Below, piece by piece: positions 1-9,857 of a DNA stretch of 64,000 nucleotides; the stretch's first letter is position 1; every line of letters starts with the position of its first letter. Source of the DNA: Bdellovibrionales bacterium (GTDB lineage: Bacteria > Bdellovibrionota > Bdellovibrionia > Bdellovibrionales > JAUICD01). Below the pieces are notes generated by a model. The model was not told where the DNA came from. It searched no databases and saw nothing but the letters and a program-made list of their open reading frames with translations. The stretch covers positions 160,001-224,000 of the forward strand of contig CBDANC010000014.1 of the NCBI GenBank assembly GCA_965197425.1, given 5' to 3'. A program made the position numbers and the translations under genes.

Positions 1-62
1 CCAGCTCGTTTGACTATCTTACACTTATTACACATTTTTTTTACAGATGGTCTAACCTTCAT
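1..62 (-). CDS. rpmJ: 50S ribosomal protein L36, 5' part only (runs off the window)
   Basis: Manual translation from ATG at 62: MKVRPSVKKMCNKCKIVKRA; position after secY-adk. Confidence 0.93.
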   Translation of the reverse strand, partial: MKVRPSVKKMCNKCKIVKRA

Positions 63-141
63 ATATCTACCTCTCTATGTCTCCACCTCAAACTCATACT
101 CCTATTAAAACAACCCATAAAATAACCAAAAATTTCCTGGC

Positions 142-816
142 TCATGCAAGTAAAATTTCATCAATTAAAGAATTTATCCTATTACTCACTTCTTTTGCAT
201 CACCCGCGGCACTTAAATCCCTGTATATACCCAGATCCTTATAGTATTTTTTTAAAGGCAAAGTCTCAGTTTCATACTTATCAAGCCTGGTTAGCACTAC
301 CTCTTTATCATCGTCAGGCCTCTTATAAAGCTCTCCTGAACAAATGTTGCAAATATCATCTACTACCACAATATTCACACGAAATACAGCCCCACAGTCA
401 ATACAACATCTTCTACCAGTGAGCCTCTCAAGCAACACTTTATGCTCTAATTTCAAAAAAATAGCAAGCCCAAGCTCCATTTGCCTTTTTTCCATAATTT
501 CACTCAAACCCTCAGCCTGAGCAAATGTTCTAGGAAAACCATCAAAAACTAAGCCATCACTATCTGATAAATAATCTAAATTTTCATCCAAAAATAAATC
601 TACCAATTCCAGTACAACCTTATCAGATACATAATCGCCACTCGCTAATCTATTTTTTACCCTAACACCAACACTTGTACTTTCTGCTATATGCTCCCTC
701 AAAATATTACCAGTCGACACGTGTAACATGCCTCTATTCTTTACCAAAAGCTCAGATTGTGTACCTTTACCAACACCAGGAGGGCCAAATAAAACAACAT
801 TCAGAGATGCCATCAA
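142..816 (-). CDS. adk: Adenylate kinase
   Basis: GPPGVGKGTQ P-loop, DGFPRT motif, Zn-lid CxxC...CxxC; follows secY. Confidence 0.97.
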   Translation of the reverse strand: MMASLNVVLFGPPGVGKGTQSELLVKNRGMLHVSTGNILREHIAESTSVGVRVKNRLASGDYVSDKVVLELVDLFLDENLDYLSDSDGLVFDGFPRTFAQAEGLSEIMEKRQMELGLAIFLKLEHKVLLERLTGRRCCIDCGAVFRVNIVVVDDICNICSGELYKRPDDDKEVVLTRLDKYETETLPLKKYYKDLGIYRDLSAAGDAKEVSNRINSLIDEILLA

Positions 817-2129
817 TATTGCACCCTTCTACTCTTAACCTTATAGCCCCTTACAAATCCATCATACTTGGCGTTTAGTAGATGAGATTGAACTTGTTGC
901 ATAAAATCAAGACCCACACCAACCAATATCAATAGACTGGTACCCCCAAAATAAAAAGGTACCTTAGCAGTTTCTATTAAAATACCCGGTAAAATACATA
1001 CCAAACTTAGATATATTGCCCCTGCAACATTTACCCTGTTTAAGACCCTATGAATATAATTAGAAGTACTCTTTCCAGCTCTGATCCCTGGAATAAAACC
1101 ACCCCATTTTTTTAAGTTCTCAGCGACATCATCTGGCTTAAACACAATCTCAGCATAGAAAAAACAAAAAAACACAATAAGTACGACAAACAAAATATTA
1201 TAGATTGCACCAGTGGGCTGAAATGAATCCCGCAAATTAGCTAACAGCTCATTATTAGTAAACTGAGCTAAAGTAGCAGGAAGCATCAACAAACTACTAG
1301 CAAAAATGGGAGGGATAACACCAGAAAAGTTGATCTTTAAAGGTAAGTGGGAAGATCTAGTACCCATATTACTAGCCCTTCTCGAATACTGAATTGGTAT
1401 CCTCCTCTGCGCAACCTCCATCCAAATAATGTAACCAATAACCACAAACATAAAGAATAACAAAATTAGTGAAATCAAAGCCGTCATCTCACCTTGCTTT
1501 ATCAAATTAATCATGCTCATAGAACCACTAGGGATACCAGCGGCTATACCTGCAAAGATAATTAAACTTGCACCATTACCAATACCACGCTCGGTAATTT
1601 GCTCCCCCAACCACATTATGAAACAAGTACCAGAGGTCAGAGTAATAACTGTCATAAGCTCAAATGGAATTACTCCAACCATAGGGGCATTAACCAACGA
1701 CATGCCAGTAGAAGTAGTTGAATTTTTTAGAAAGGTACTCATGCCATAACCTTGGATTATTGCCAACAAAACTGTACCGTATCTTGTATATTGATTTATC
1801 TTTTTCTGACCCTGCGGGCCTTCTTTTTTAAGCTGCTCTAAATAAGGAACAGCAGCACCTAAAAGTTGAAATATAATTGAACTCGAAATATAAGGCATGA
1901 TCCCTAGAGCAAAAACAGAAAACCTCTCCAAAGCTCCACCAGTAAAAGTGTTAAACAATCCAAAAATACCACCACTTTGTGCAGCAAAGAACTCCTGCAC
2001 AGCAGAGTTGTCCACACCAGGAGTAGGGACATGTACTCCTATACGATAAATCACCAAAATCCAAAGAGTAAAAAAAAGACGCTTTCTAAGACTTTCGTTT
2101 TTTAATATTCCCTCAATACCGGACATCAA
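813..2129 (-). CDS. secY: Preprotein translocase SecY
   Basis: FSVFALGIMPYISSSII, GEQITERGIGNGASLIIF and FGGTSLLILVGV motifs. Confidence 0.99.
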   Translation of the reverse strand: MMSGIEGILKNESLRKRLFFTLWILVIYRIGVHVPTPGVDNSAVQEFFAAQSGGIFGLFNTFTGGALERFSVFALGIMPYISSSIIFQLLGAAVPYLEQLKKEGPQGQKKINQYTRYGTVLLAIIQGYGMSTFLKNSTTSTGMSLVNAPMVGVIPFELMTVITLTSGTCFIMWLGEQITERGIGNGASLIIFAGIAAGIPSGSMSMINLIKQGEMTALISLILLFFMFVVIGYIIWMEVAQRRIPIQYSRRASNMGTRSSHLPLKINFSGVIPPIFASSLLMLPATLAQFTNNELLANLRDSFQPTGAIYNILFVVLIVFFCFFYAEIVFKPDDVAENLKKWGGFIPGIRAGKSTSNYIHRVLNRVNVAGAIYLSLVCILPGILIETAKVPFYFGGTSLLILVGVGLDFMQQVQSHLLNAKYDGFVRGYKVKSRRVQY

Positions 2130-2147
2130 AACTCCACATTAACCAAA

Positions 2148-2606
2148 CTAGCAAGCCCTAGATCTAACAAACTTTATGACCTCTGCCTTACCCCCAGCTT
2201 TTTCTATCAAAGCTATAGCAGGTTTACTAAACTTGTGTGCCTTAACATGCAAAGCCTTCTTAATACCACCATTAGAAAGGACTTTAATAGGGTTCTTACC
2301 ATCCACCAGCTTTGCCTTTAACAAAAGATCAGGAGTTACCTCTGAGTCAAAACTATCCAACGAAGAAAGATAAATTATATTGAACTCTTTTCTAAACACA
2401 TTGGTAAATCCAAACTTAGGTAGTCTCTGCCATATTGGCATCTGACCACCCTCAAATGTCGCAGGAACACCTCCTCCAGAACGAGCCTTCTGACCCTTAT
2501 ACCCCTTAGCCGCAGTAGTTCCCCAACCTGAACCACCACCCCTACCTATTCTTTTTTTTCTACTAAAAGAAGATTTAGGGCTACTCAAATTACTTAAAAT
2601 AGACAT
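2148..2606 (-). CDS. rplO: 50S ribosomal protein L15
   Basis: RIGRGGGSG...GQKARSG...FEGGQMP...RLPKFGF. Confidence 0.98.
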   Translation of the reverse strand: MSILSNLSSPKSSFSRKKRIGRGGGSGWGTTAAKGYKGQKARSGGGVPATFEGGQMPIWQRLPKFGFTNVFRKEFNIIYLSSLDSFDSEVTPDLLLKAKLVDGKNPIKVLSNGGIKKALHVKAHKFSKPAIALIEKAGGKAEVIKFVRSRAC

Positions 2607-2632
2607 ACGAACACCTAACTATTATTACTCAT

Positions 2633-2848
2633 CTAAGATGTCACCCTTTCAACTTGTAACCAATTTTGCATCATCATAATCTTTCCCCTCTCAGAAGGAA
2701 CATCATTAACCAAACGAGTATGTCCTATTTTTCTTAAACCCAAACACCTTATGGCCTCTTTCTGCTTTTTGGTAAGACCTATCGTACTTTTTTTTAAAGT
2801 AATCTTTAGCTTTGAACTTTTGATCTTTTTAGATTTAGCCTTACTCAT
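2633..2848 (-). CDS. rpmD: 50S ribosomal protein L30 with a basic N-terminal extension
   Basis: LKITLKKSTIG...LGLRKIGH; lies between rpsE and rplO. Confidence 0.93.
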   Translation of the reverse strand: MSKAKSKKIKSSKLKITLKKSTIGLTKKQKEAIRCLGLRKIGHTRLVNDVPSERGKIMMMQNWLQVERVTS

Positions 2849-3366
2849 TATTGTTTTCCTTGTTTAGTATCCTTTTCTTGATCATTAACCTTACCTTGTT
2901 CATCACCCCTTTCTTCTTTAATCGACTTTTGGTTTTTTAATTGCTTCAGACCCTCTAAAGTTGCCCTTACTACTGCATGCGGGTTTCTTGTACCTACACA
3001 CTTAGTTAAAATATTTTTAACTCCTACAACTTCCAATACAGCCCTAACTGCTCCACCGGCAATTACCCCTGTTCCAGGCATTGCAGGAAACATAACCACC
3101 TTAGCAGCTCCATATTTACCTATAACCTCATGGGGGATAGTACCCCCATCTATCAAAACCTTATGGAACTTATTTTTGGCAACTCTGCCAGCCTTGCTTA
3201 CAGCAACAGGTACCTCGCCTGCTTTGCCTAAACCAAGCCCAATTTCTCCATTACCATTACCAACTACAACCAAAGCAGAAAAAGAAAATCTTCTACCACC
3301 TTTTACAACCTTGGCTACCCTGTTAATACTAACAACCCTTTCTTCTAAATTAGAGGTGCTATCCAA
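2848..3366 (-). CDS. rpsE: 30S ribosomal protein S5
   Basis: [23 protein letters not shown] motif. Confidence 0.98.
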   Translation of the reverse strand: MDSTSNLEERVVSINRVAKVVKGGRRFSFSALVVVGNGNGEIGLGLGKAGEVPVAVSKAGRVAKNKFHKVLIDGGTIPHEVIGKYGAAKVVMFPAMPGTGVIAGGAVRAVLEVVGVKNILTKCVGTRNPHAVVRATLEGLKQLKNQKSIKEERGDEQGKVNDQEKDTKQGKQ

Positions 3367-3378
3367 AAATATCTCCTA

Positions 3379-3747
3379 TCAAAAATTGAGTCCGCCCTCT
3401 CTTGCAGCATCAGCAAGAGCTTTAATTTTGCCATGATACAAATAACCACTTCTGTCGAAAACTACACTCTTTATTTTGTTGTCTAAAGCTCTTTTTGCTA
3501 TCAACTTACCAATCTCTTTAGCAACATCCTTATTACAACTTTTTGGTTTTAGTTTAAGTGAACTAGCAGAAACCAAAATCTTTCTGTCAACATCATTAAC
3601 TACCTGAGCGTATATGTTTTTATTGGACCTAAACACACACAGTCTAGGTCTATCACTAGTACCCTCAATACTCTTTCTTATTCTCACTTTCTTTTTTAAT
3701 CTAGATACAACTTTGTCAGATGTTCTAGTTTTAAATCTTAATCTCAT
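3379..3747 (-). CDS. rplR: 50S ribosomal protein L18
   Basis: [28 protein letters not shown]. Confidence 0.98.
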   Translation of the reverse strand: MRLRFKTRTSDKVVSRLKKKVRIRKSIEGTSDRPRLCVFRSNKNIYAQVVNDVDRKILVSASSLKLKPKSCNKDVAKEIGKLIAKRALDNKIKSVVFDRSGYLYHGKIKALADAAREGGLNF

Positions 3748-3788
3748 AACCTACCTACAAACCGTAATCCACTTAAAAGTTTCTACCC

Positions 3789-4340
3789 TTATTTTGCACC
3801 TGATTTTCCAGCCTTTCTTATAATAACTTCATCCACATATTTTATTCCTTTCCCTAAGTAAGGTTCAGGCGGTCTAAATGATCTTATTTTGGCAGAAAAC
3901 TCACCAACTACACCTTTATCAGGCCCTTTTACATGTAAAGTTGTCTGCTTTTCCACCGCAACCTCAACATCTTTTGGTAACTCCAAAACAACAGGATGAG
4001 AATAGCCTATACTTAACTCCAAGTTCCTACCTTTAACATTAGCTCTGTAACCTACTCCTTTTAACTCCAAACTCTTCTTCCAACCAACCTCTACACCTAC
4101 AACAGCGTTGTTAGCCAAGGATCTAATTAAACCATGCAAAGCTCTGGTTTTTTTCTCATCATTTTGCCTAGTAAAAACCAATTTATCCTGGGCAATATCA
4201 GCATCTATCAAAGAAGGTAGTTTCACCTTCTGCACATACTTACCGCCCTTTATGGTTAATACCCTACCCTCTTCAGTATTCTGAACTTCAACCTTAACTG
4301 AGCTTTTTATTAAGATAGGTTTTTTTCCAATCCTAGACAT
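3789..4340 (-). CDS. rplF: 50S ribosomal protein L6
   Basis: MSRIGKKPI...RPPEPYLGKGIKY. Confidence 0.98.
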   Translation of the reverse strand: MSRIGKKPILIKSSVKVEVQNTEEGRVLTIKGGKYVQKVKLPSLIDADIAQDKLVFTRQNDEKKTRALHGLIRSLANNAVVGVEVGWKKSLELKGVGYRANVKGRNLELSIGYSHPVVLELPKDVEVAVEKQTTLHVKGPDKGVVGEFSAKIRSFRPPEPYLGKGIKYVDEVIIRKAGKSGAK

Positions 4341-4341
4341 C

Positions 4342-4731
4342 TCACCAAACCTTTAGCATTACTTCGCCACCAACTTTATTATCTTTAGCTTCCCTGTCAG
4401 ACATAATGCCCTTATTAGTACTCAATATAGATATTCCATACCCAGATCTAACTTCTGGAATATTATCTACATCTACATATCTTCTAAGCCCAGGCCTACT
4501 TACCCTCCTAATCACATCAATCAAAGGCTTTCCTTCTTTAGTGTATTTTAAATAAATTCTTATAAAGCCCTGTTTGTTGTCCTTTGCAACCCTGAAGTCC
4601 CTTATAAAACCCTTTTGCTTTAAAACACGAGCTATACCTTCCCTCACTCTAGAGCCAGGGGTATCAACTTGGTGATGACCCGCCATCTGAGCATTTCTAA
4701 TTATTGTTATAAAGTTTCCAATTGTATCCAT
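4342..4731 (-). CDS. rpsH: 30S ribosomal protein S8 (start moved to ATG at 4731, MDTIGNF)
   Basis: RVSRPGLRRY, GISILSTNKG, GGEV motifs; the longer ORF start lies inside a repeat element. Confidence 0.97.
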   Translation of the reverse strand: MDTIGNFITIIRNAQMAGHHQVDTPGSRVREGIARVLKQKGFIRDFRVAKDNKQGFIRIYLKYTKEGKPLIDVIRRVSRPGLRRYVDVDNIPEVRSGYGISILSTNKGIMSDREAKDNKVGGEVMLKVW

Positions 4732-4890
4732 TAAGGTCTTCCTAATCCAACACTGATTGAGCATGACGAATAATCTGGCTTCGCCAGATTTTTGTCATAC
4801 AAGTTACGTTGCCCCACAGTAATTTTAAAACCAAAACTTTTCAAAGCCTGGTGGTTGCCCACCTTTATACATGTCATCAAACTCACCTCC
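4732..4890 (-). repeat. Modular palindromic element (left hairpin-B-stem-C-hairpin Y-D-A)
   Basis: Minus strand: GAGTTTGATGACATGTATAAAGGTGGGCAACC...AACGTAACTTGTATGAC...TCTGGCGAAGCCAGA...GTCATGCTCAATCAGTGTTGGATTAGGAAGACCTTA; matches 6663-6827. Confidence 0.88.
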
Positions 4891-4898
4891 ATACTAAA

Positions 4899-5084
4899 CT
4901 ACCAACTTGCCTTTATCACACCAGGAATAAGTCCATTAGATGCGTTCTTTCTGAAACAAATTCTACAAAGAGAAAACTTTCTTATAAAACTTCTAGCCCT
5001 TCCGCAAGAACTACATCTACTGTAACCTCTTACAGCAAATTTAGGCTTTCTCTTTGCCTTTGCTATCATAGATTTTTTAGCCAA
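4899..5084 (-). CDS. rpsZ: 30S ribosomal protein S14, Zn-binding type Z (TTG start)
   Basis: 61 aa, CSSCGR...LCRICFR; GGAGG upstream of TTG at 5084. Confidence 0.95.
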   Translation of the reverse strand: MAKKSMIAKAKRKPKFAVRGYSRCSSCGRARSFIRKFSLCRICFRKNASNGLIPGVIKASW

Positions 5085-5112
5085 ACTATCTACCCTCCCA
5101 AAAGTTAAAACC

Positions 5113-5172
5113 AAGGCCTTCTATTTTTTTTGCAGGGTGGTTGCCCAGCTTTACATGTGTCATATAACTACC
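5113..5172 (-). repeat. Short, internally deleted modular element (left hairpin-B-A)
   Basis: Minus strand: TTATATGACACATGTAAAGCTGGGCAACCACCCTGCAAAAAAAATAGAAGGCCTT. Confidence 0.82.
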
Positions 5173-5185
5173 TTCCTTTCACTTA

Positions 5186-5725
5186 TCATTTTCTAAAAGG
5201 CATACCTAAAGCCTGCAATAACAAATGGGCCTCTTTGTCCGATTTGGCGGTTGTACAAACTGTAATGTTCATTCCTCTTATTTGATCCGCTTTATCGTAA
5301 TTAATTTCTGGAAACACAATTTGCTCTTTCAAACCCATGTTATAGTTACCTCTTCCATCAAAACCCTTTGGTGATATACCACGAAAATCCCTAACTCTAG
5401 GCAACACAATAGAAACCAGTCTATCCAAAAAAGCCCACATCTTTTCCCTTCTCAAAGTTACATAAGCCCCCATAGGCAAATGTTTTCTTAATTTAAAGTT
5501 GGCCACAGCTTTTTTAGATCTAGCAATCATTGCCCCTTGACCCGTTATATCAGTGAGCTCACCTGCAATAACACCAGCAACTTTGGCATTTTTAACAGCT
5601 TCTCTTCCAGCACAAACACTGATAACTATCTTCTCTAAACGAGGAGTTTGCATAATGGATTTATGACCTAAATCCTTAAAAAGCTTACCCCTAACCTCAG
5701 ATGTATATAAATCAAACAACCTCAT
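5186..5725 (-). CDS. rplE: 50S ribosomal protein L5
   Basis: LPRVRDFRG...FDGRGNYNMG..EQIVFPEI. Confidence 0.98.
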   Translation of the reverse strand: MRLFDLYTSEVRGKLFKDLGHKSIMQTPRLEKIVISVCAGREAVKNAKVAGVIAGELTDITGQGAMIARSKKAVANFKLRKHLPMGAYVTLRREKMWAFLDRLVSIVLPRVRDFRGISPKGFDGRGNYNMGLKEQIVFPEINYDKADQIRGMNITVCTTAKSDKEAHLLLQALGMPFRK

Positions 5726-5727
5726 CT

Positions 5728-6096
5728 CTAAACTACCTCAGGTGCGACAGAAATTATTCTCATAAATTTTTTAGCTCTCAACTCTCTGGCAACAGGGCCA
5801 AAAATTCTAGTACCTATAGGTTCCTTGTTGTTGTTTACAAGCACAACAGCATTTTCATCAAACCGAACATAGCTACCATCCTGTCTTCTGGTTTTGTTAA
5901 TAGTTCTCACCAGTACAGCCTTTGCCTTCTCACCTTTTTTGACTTTAGATCTAGGAGCAGCTTCCTTTATACTAACCACAATAATATCACCCACTCTAGC
6001 AACCCTTCTTCTAGTTCCACCAAGTACTTTTATGCACATGACTTCCTTTGCACCAGAGTTATCAGAAACTTTAATTCTAGACTGAACTTGTATCAT
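5728..6096 (-). CDS. rplN: 50S ribosomal protein L14
   Basis: [29 protein letters not shown]. Confidence 0.99.
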   Translation of the reverse strand: MIQVQSRIKVSDNSGAKEVMCIKVLGGTRRRVARVGDIIVVSIKEAAPRSKVKKGEKAKAVLVRTINKTRRQDGSYVRFDENAVVLVNNNKEPIGTRIFGPVARELRAKKFMRIISVAPEVV

Positions 6097-6356
6097 TAAG
6101 CCCTCGAACCTTTAGCTAAAATTTTGGCCATCTTCCAGCACTTTGTTTTGCTGATAGGCCTTGTTTCGTATATCAAAACTTTGTCTCCTAACTCTGCCTG
6201 ATTTTTTTCATCATGAGCTTTAAATTTACATTTCTTTTTTATAAACTTACCAAACCTAGGATGCTTAACACTCCTAACTACCTCAACAGTGACAGTCTTA
6301 TCCATCTTGGTGCTTATAACATGCCCTGTGACAGAATTAATTTTTTTCTTTTCCAA
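6096..6356 (-). CDS. rpsQ: 30S ribosomal protein S17
   Basis: KMDKTVTV...AHDE...[11 protein letters not shown]. Confidence 0.97.
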   Translation of the reverse strand: MEKKKINSVTGHVISTKMDKTVTVEVVRSVKHPRFGKFIKKKCKFKAHDEKNQAELGDKVLIYETRPISKTKCWKMAKILAKGSRA

Positions 6357-6564
6357 CAGATATCTCCTTTGAGCCTGTTTTACTCAAACTACTCAAAACT
6401 GTATTGATCCTAGCAATGTCCCTTCTCAAGATCCTAATCTCAAGTGGATTCCCAGCTTGTTTCATATGACTTTTCATCTTTATACCAAAAATTTTCTCAG
6501 CCAAAACATTACGCTTAGACAACAACTCCTTTCTAGGTAAATCTTTTATATCCTTAAATTTCAT
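6337..6564 (-). CDS. rpmC: 50S ribosomal protein L29
   Basis: NPLEIRILRRDIARINT; operon position. Confidence 0.93.
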   Translation of the reverse strand: MKFKDIKDLPRKELLSKRNVLAEKIFGIKMKSHMKQAGNPLEIRILRRDIARINTVLSSLSKTGSKEISVGKEKN

Positions 6565-6565
6565 A

Positions 6566-6827
6566 TAAAGGCCTTCCTAATGAGGCTAAAAACAAGTGGA
6601 CTTGTTCACTTTTTTTAGCCGAGTGGTTGTCCAGCTCTACACATGTCATCAAACTCATCCTCAAGGCCTTCCCCAACATTGATTGAATCTGGCAACAAGT
6701 TGGCTCTGCCGACTTTTGCCAGGTGAATTACGTTTTGACACAATCACTTTGAAACCAAAACATCTTTTGACCGAACGGTTGCCCAGCTCTACACATGTCA
6801 TCAAACTCATTTCCATCAAGGCCTTCC
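6566..6827 (-). repeat. Tandem composite of two modular elements filling the rplP-rpmC spacer
   Basis: Three copies of motif A (aaggccttcc on + at about 6568, 6663, 6818); two copies of GAGTTTGATGACATGTGTAGAGCTGGRCAACC; one C-hairpin-D module. Confidence 0.9.
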
Positions 6828-6836
6828 TCATACTTT

Positions 6837-7244
6837 CTAAGCTCTCATTAAAAACTTTGTCTTAATAGGTAGTTTGTTTCCGGCCAACCTAAAAGCTTCC
6901 TTAGCTTGATCAGCAGTCACACCAGCCATTTCAAAAATAACAGTTCCAGGTTTTACATTTGCAACATAATACTCAGGACTTCCTTTACCACTACCCATTC
7001 TTGTTTCAGCAGGTTTTTTAGTAGTTGGAGTGTGAGGAAAAATTCTAATCCAAACTTTTCCACCACGCTTCACAGACCTACTTATAGCAATTCTACTTGC
7101 CTCTATCTGACGAGATGTAAGCTTCCCACCTGACAGAGCTTGAAGGCCAAACTCACCAAAATCAATGTCATTGCAAGACCAGGCTTTGCCTTTCACATCA
7201 TACCTAAACTGCTTTCTACGTTTAAGACGTTTTGGGCTAAGCAT
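6837..7244 (-). CDS. rplP: 50S ribosomal protein L16
   Basis: MLSPKR...[12 protein letters not shown]. Confidence 0.98.
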   Translation of the reverse strand: MLSPKRLKRRKQFRYDVKGKAWSCNDIDFGEFGLQALSGGKLTSRQIEASRIAISRSVKRGGKVWIRIFPHTPTTKKPAETRMGSGKGSPEYYVANVKPGTVIFEMAGVTADQAKEAFRLAGNKLPIKTKFLMRA

Positions 7245-7917
7245 TTGATACACCTCCACCTAAAACATCACTAGCTTTTGACTTTTGATTTATTATGTCA
7301 CCAGTATAAATCCAAACCTTAACTCCAATTACTCCGTAAGTAGTTTTAGCTTCCCTTGTTCCATAATCTATATCGGCCCTTAATGTGTGAAGCGGCACAC
7401 TCTTTTCTGTGTACCACTCTGTTCTAGCTATCTCTGCACCATCAAGTCTACCAGCAACCTGAACCTTGATACCTTTAACTCCACCCCTAATAGCAGACTG
7501 AAGCGCCTTTTTTAAAGCACGCCTCCAAGAAACTCGTTTCTCCAACTGTACTGCTATATTTTCTGCCACAAGCCTTGCATCAGTATCAGGTTTTCTTATT
7601 TCCTGTATGTTCACAAAAACTTCGTTCTTGGTCATTTTGTTTATTTCATCTCTTAGAGAATCAATCCCAACACCCTTTTTCCCAATCACAAATCCAGGTC
7701 TTGCTGAAGACACAATTATCTTGATCTTATTAGCTGCTCTCTCTATCTCCACCTTGGAAACCCCAGCATTCTTGAGTTTCTTAGAAACATATTCTCTTAA
7801 CTTAAAATCCTCATGTAAGTTTTTTGCAAAATGCTTTTTTTGCTTAACATACCAACGAGAATCCCAAGTCTTGTTTATTCCAACCCTAAACCCTATAGGG
7901 TTAACCTTTTGTCCCAC
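7237..7917 (-). CDS. rpsC: 30S ribosomal protein S3
   Basis: [34 protein letters not shown]. Confidence 0.99.
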   Translation of the reverse strand: MGQKVNPIGFRVGINKTWDSRWYVKQKKHFAKNLHEDFKLREYVSKKLKNAGVSKVEIERAANKIKIIVSSARPGFVIGKKGVGIDSLRDEINKMTKNEVFVNIQEIRKPDTDARLVAENIAVQLEKRVSWRRALKKALQSAIRGGVKGIKVQVAGRLDGAEIARTEWYTEKSVPLHTLRADIDYGTREAKTTYGVIGVKVWIYTGDIINQKSKASDVLGGGVSNA

Positions 7918-8251
7918 TATGCCTCTCCTCTAATACAATTTTAATGTGACTGGTTTTTTTTCTTATAAGTGACGCCCTTCCTCTCGCTCTAGGCATTTGT
8001 CTCTTCAAGTGCGGTCCTTGATCTACATTTATCGCCTTCACATATAAACTACCTACATCAATAGACTGCTTATACTCTGCATTTGCTATTGCAGAATCCA
8101 ACAAAGTCCTAATCAACCTAGCAGGCTTTCTATCAATCATAGATAGCCTACTTATAGCCTCAGAAACAGGCCTACCTCTAACAGCATCAGCTACAAGCCT
8201 GGCTTTCATTGAGCCCATTCTAACAAATTTTAAACTAGCACTTACACGCAT
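7901..8251 (-). CDS. rplV: 50S ribosomal protein L22 (start moved to ATG at 8251)
   Basis: [11 protein letters not shown]...SAIANAE...PRARGRA...TSHI; the longer ORF start lies inside a repeat element. Confidence 0.96.
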   Translation of the reverse strand: MRVSASLKFVRMGSMKARLVADAVRGRPVSEAISRLSMIDRKPARLIRTLLDSAIANAEYKQSIDVGSLYVKAINVDQGPHLKRQMPRARGRASLIRKKTSHIKIVLEERHSGTKG

Positions 8252-8253
8252 CT

Positions 8254-8348
8254 TAAGGCCTTCCGAATGAGGCAAAAAATAAGGGGGCTTTGCCTACTTT
8301 TTTTGCCGAATGGTTGCCCAGCTCTATATGTGTCATATAATTCACTCT
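8254..8348 (-). repeat. Modular element (left hairpin-B-hairpin X1-A)
   Basis: Minus strand: TTATATGACACATATAGAGCTGGGCAACCATTCGGCAAAAAAAGTAGGCAAAGCCCCCTTATTTTTTGCCTCATTCGGAAGGCCTTA; matches 35869-35934 and 6566-6640. Confidence 0.9.
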
Positions 8349-8366
8349 CACTAACTCCTCATAAAC

Positions 8367-8645
8367 CTATTTTTTAGCAGCCTTCCTATCCCCAGAATGT
8401 CCCTTAAATATCCTAGTTGGAGAAAATTCACCAAACTTATGCCCTATCATGTTTTCTGTAACATAAACAGGAACAAACTTTTTTCCATTGTGTACCGCAA
8501 ATGTCAAACCAACAGCATCTGGTATAATTGTTGATCTTCTTGACCAGGTCTTAATCACCTTTCTGCTATTTGCCTTTTTTGCCTCATCAATCTTTTTTAA
8601 AAGATGATCATCAACAAATGGTCCTTTTTTAATAGAACGACCCAT
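8367..8645 (-). CDS. rpsS: 30S ribosomal protein S19
   Basis: [31 protein letters not shown]. Confidence 0.99.
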   Translation of the reverse strand: MGRSIKKGPFVDDHLLKKIDEAKKANSRKVIKTWSRRSTIIPDAVGLTFAVHNGKKFVPVYVTENMIGHKFGEFSPTRIFKGHSGDRKAAKK

Positions 8646-8667
8646 AAATTACCTCTATTATTCTCCC

Positions 8668-9501
8668 TTACCTCTTCTTTTTCTTCTTTCTTGAAACTAT
8701 ATACTTATCTGTAGATTTATTATTTCTGGTTTTATGACCCTTACAAGGTTTGCCCCAAGGAGTTCTAGGATGATTACCCTTACCCTTTCCTTCACCACCA
8801 CCCATAGGGTGATCAATTGGGTTTTGACACATCCCTCTTACATGAGGCCTCTTACCCAACCACCTTGTTCTACCAGCCTTACCGATACTTAAGTTTTCTC
8901 TTTCAACATTACCAACTTGCCCTACTGTAGCCCTGCAGCTAGCCAGAACTTTTCTAACTTCACCAGAAGGAAGTTTGATCAACACATAACCTTTTTCCTT
9001 AGCTACCAGATTTGCACAAACCCCAGCACTTCTAGCTAATTGACCGCCCTTACCAGGACGCATCTCTACATTGTGAATCATTGAACCAAGTGGAATTTTA
9101 TCCAACTTCATGCAATTGCCAGGTTTTATATCAACACCCTTGTCAGAAGAAACAATTGCATCCCCAACTTTTAGATTAACAGGAGATATAATATAACCCT
9201 TGCTACCATCCTGATACTGAATCAAAGATACGCGAGAAGAACGGTTTGGATCATACTCAACCGACTTAACAGTGGCAGGCACATCTGTTTTAGTTCTATA
9301 AAAATCAACGAGCCTATAGCGCCTTTTATGACCACCACCCCTAAACCTTACAGTGATGTTACCTCTATTATTTCTTCCAGCCTTGCTAAGTTTTCTAGAC
9401 AAAAGAGATTTCTCTGGATTTTTTGAAGTAATTTCAGAAAAATCAAATCCTGTCATAAACCTTCTAGAAGAAGTAATTGGTTTGTATTTTTTTAACGCCA
9501 T
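8668..9501 (-). CDS. rplB: 50S ribosomal protein L2
   Basis: [28 protein letters not shown]. Confidence 0.99.
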   Translation of the reverse strand: MALKKYKPITSSRRFMTGFDFSEITSKNPEKSLLSRKLSKAGRNNRGNITVRFRGGGHKRRYRLVDFYRTKTDVPATVKSVEYDPNRSSRVSLIQYQDGSKGYIISPVNLKVGDAIVSSDKGVDIKPGNCMKLDKIPLGSMIHNVEMRPGKGGQLARSAGVCANLVAKEKGYVLIKLPSGEVRKVLASCRATVGQVGNVERENLSIGKAGRTRWLGKRPHVRGMCQNPIDHPMGGGEGKGKGNHPRTPWGKPCKGHKTRNNKSTDKYIVSRKKKKKR

Positions 9502-9508
9502 CTAAAAA

Positions 9509-9799
9509 CTAAACTCCCTCAAAAACCCCAATTTTTTCACCTTCTCTCAACTTAACTAATGCCTTTTTTAAATAGACAACCCTACTTCCGCTGCCTGCTC
9601 TTAGAGACTTCTTTTTAGATCTTCTAAAAATAGAAGTTCTCACATTTAAAACCTTCACAGAAAAAATCTGCTCTACAGCCTTTTTGATTTGAGGCTTTTT
9701 AGCCCGCCTATCAACCTCAAATGAATATACATTCATCGACTGATCAAGCGAACTTTTCTCAGTAATAATTGGCTTTTTTAAAATTTTATACACTAACAA
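9509..9799 (-). CDS. rplW: 50S ribosomal protein L23
   Basis: PIITEKS...IKKAVEQIFSVKV...KKALVKL. Confidence 0.96.
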   Translation of the reverse strand: MLVYKILKKPIITEKSSLDQSMNVYSFEVDRRAKKPQIKKAVEQIFSVKVLNVRTSIFRRSKKKSLRAGSGSRVVYLKKALVKLREGEKIGVFEGV

Positions 9800-9857
9800 C
9801 CTCTATATTCTCTATATTTAATAACTATATTTACCAGGCAAACTAAGCTTCAATCCG

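Noticed and set aside
6566..6827. CRISPR array (three AAGGCCTTCC repeats)
   Set aside because: The repeat is only 10 bp, the intervening segments are unequal, structured and repeated elsewhere, and there are no cas genes.
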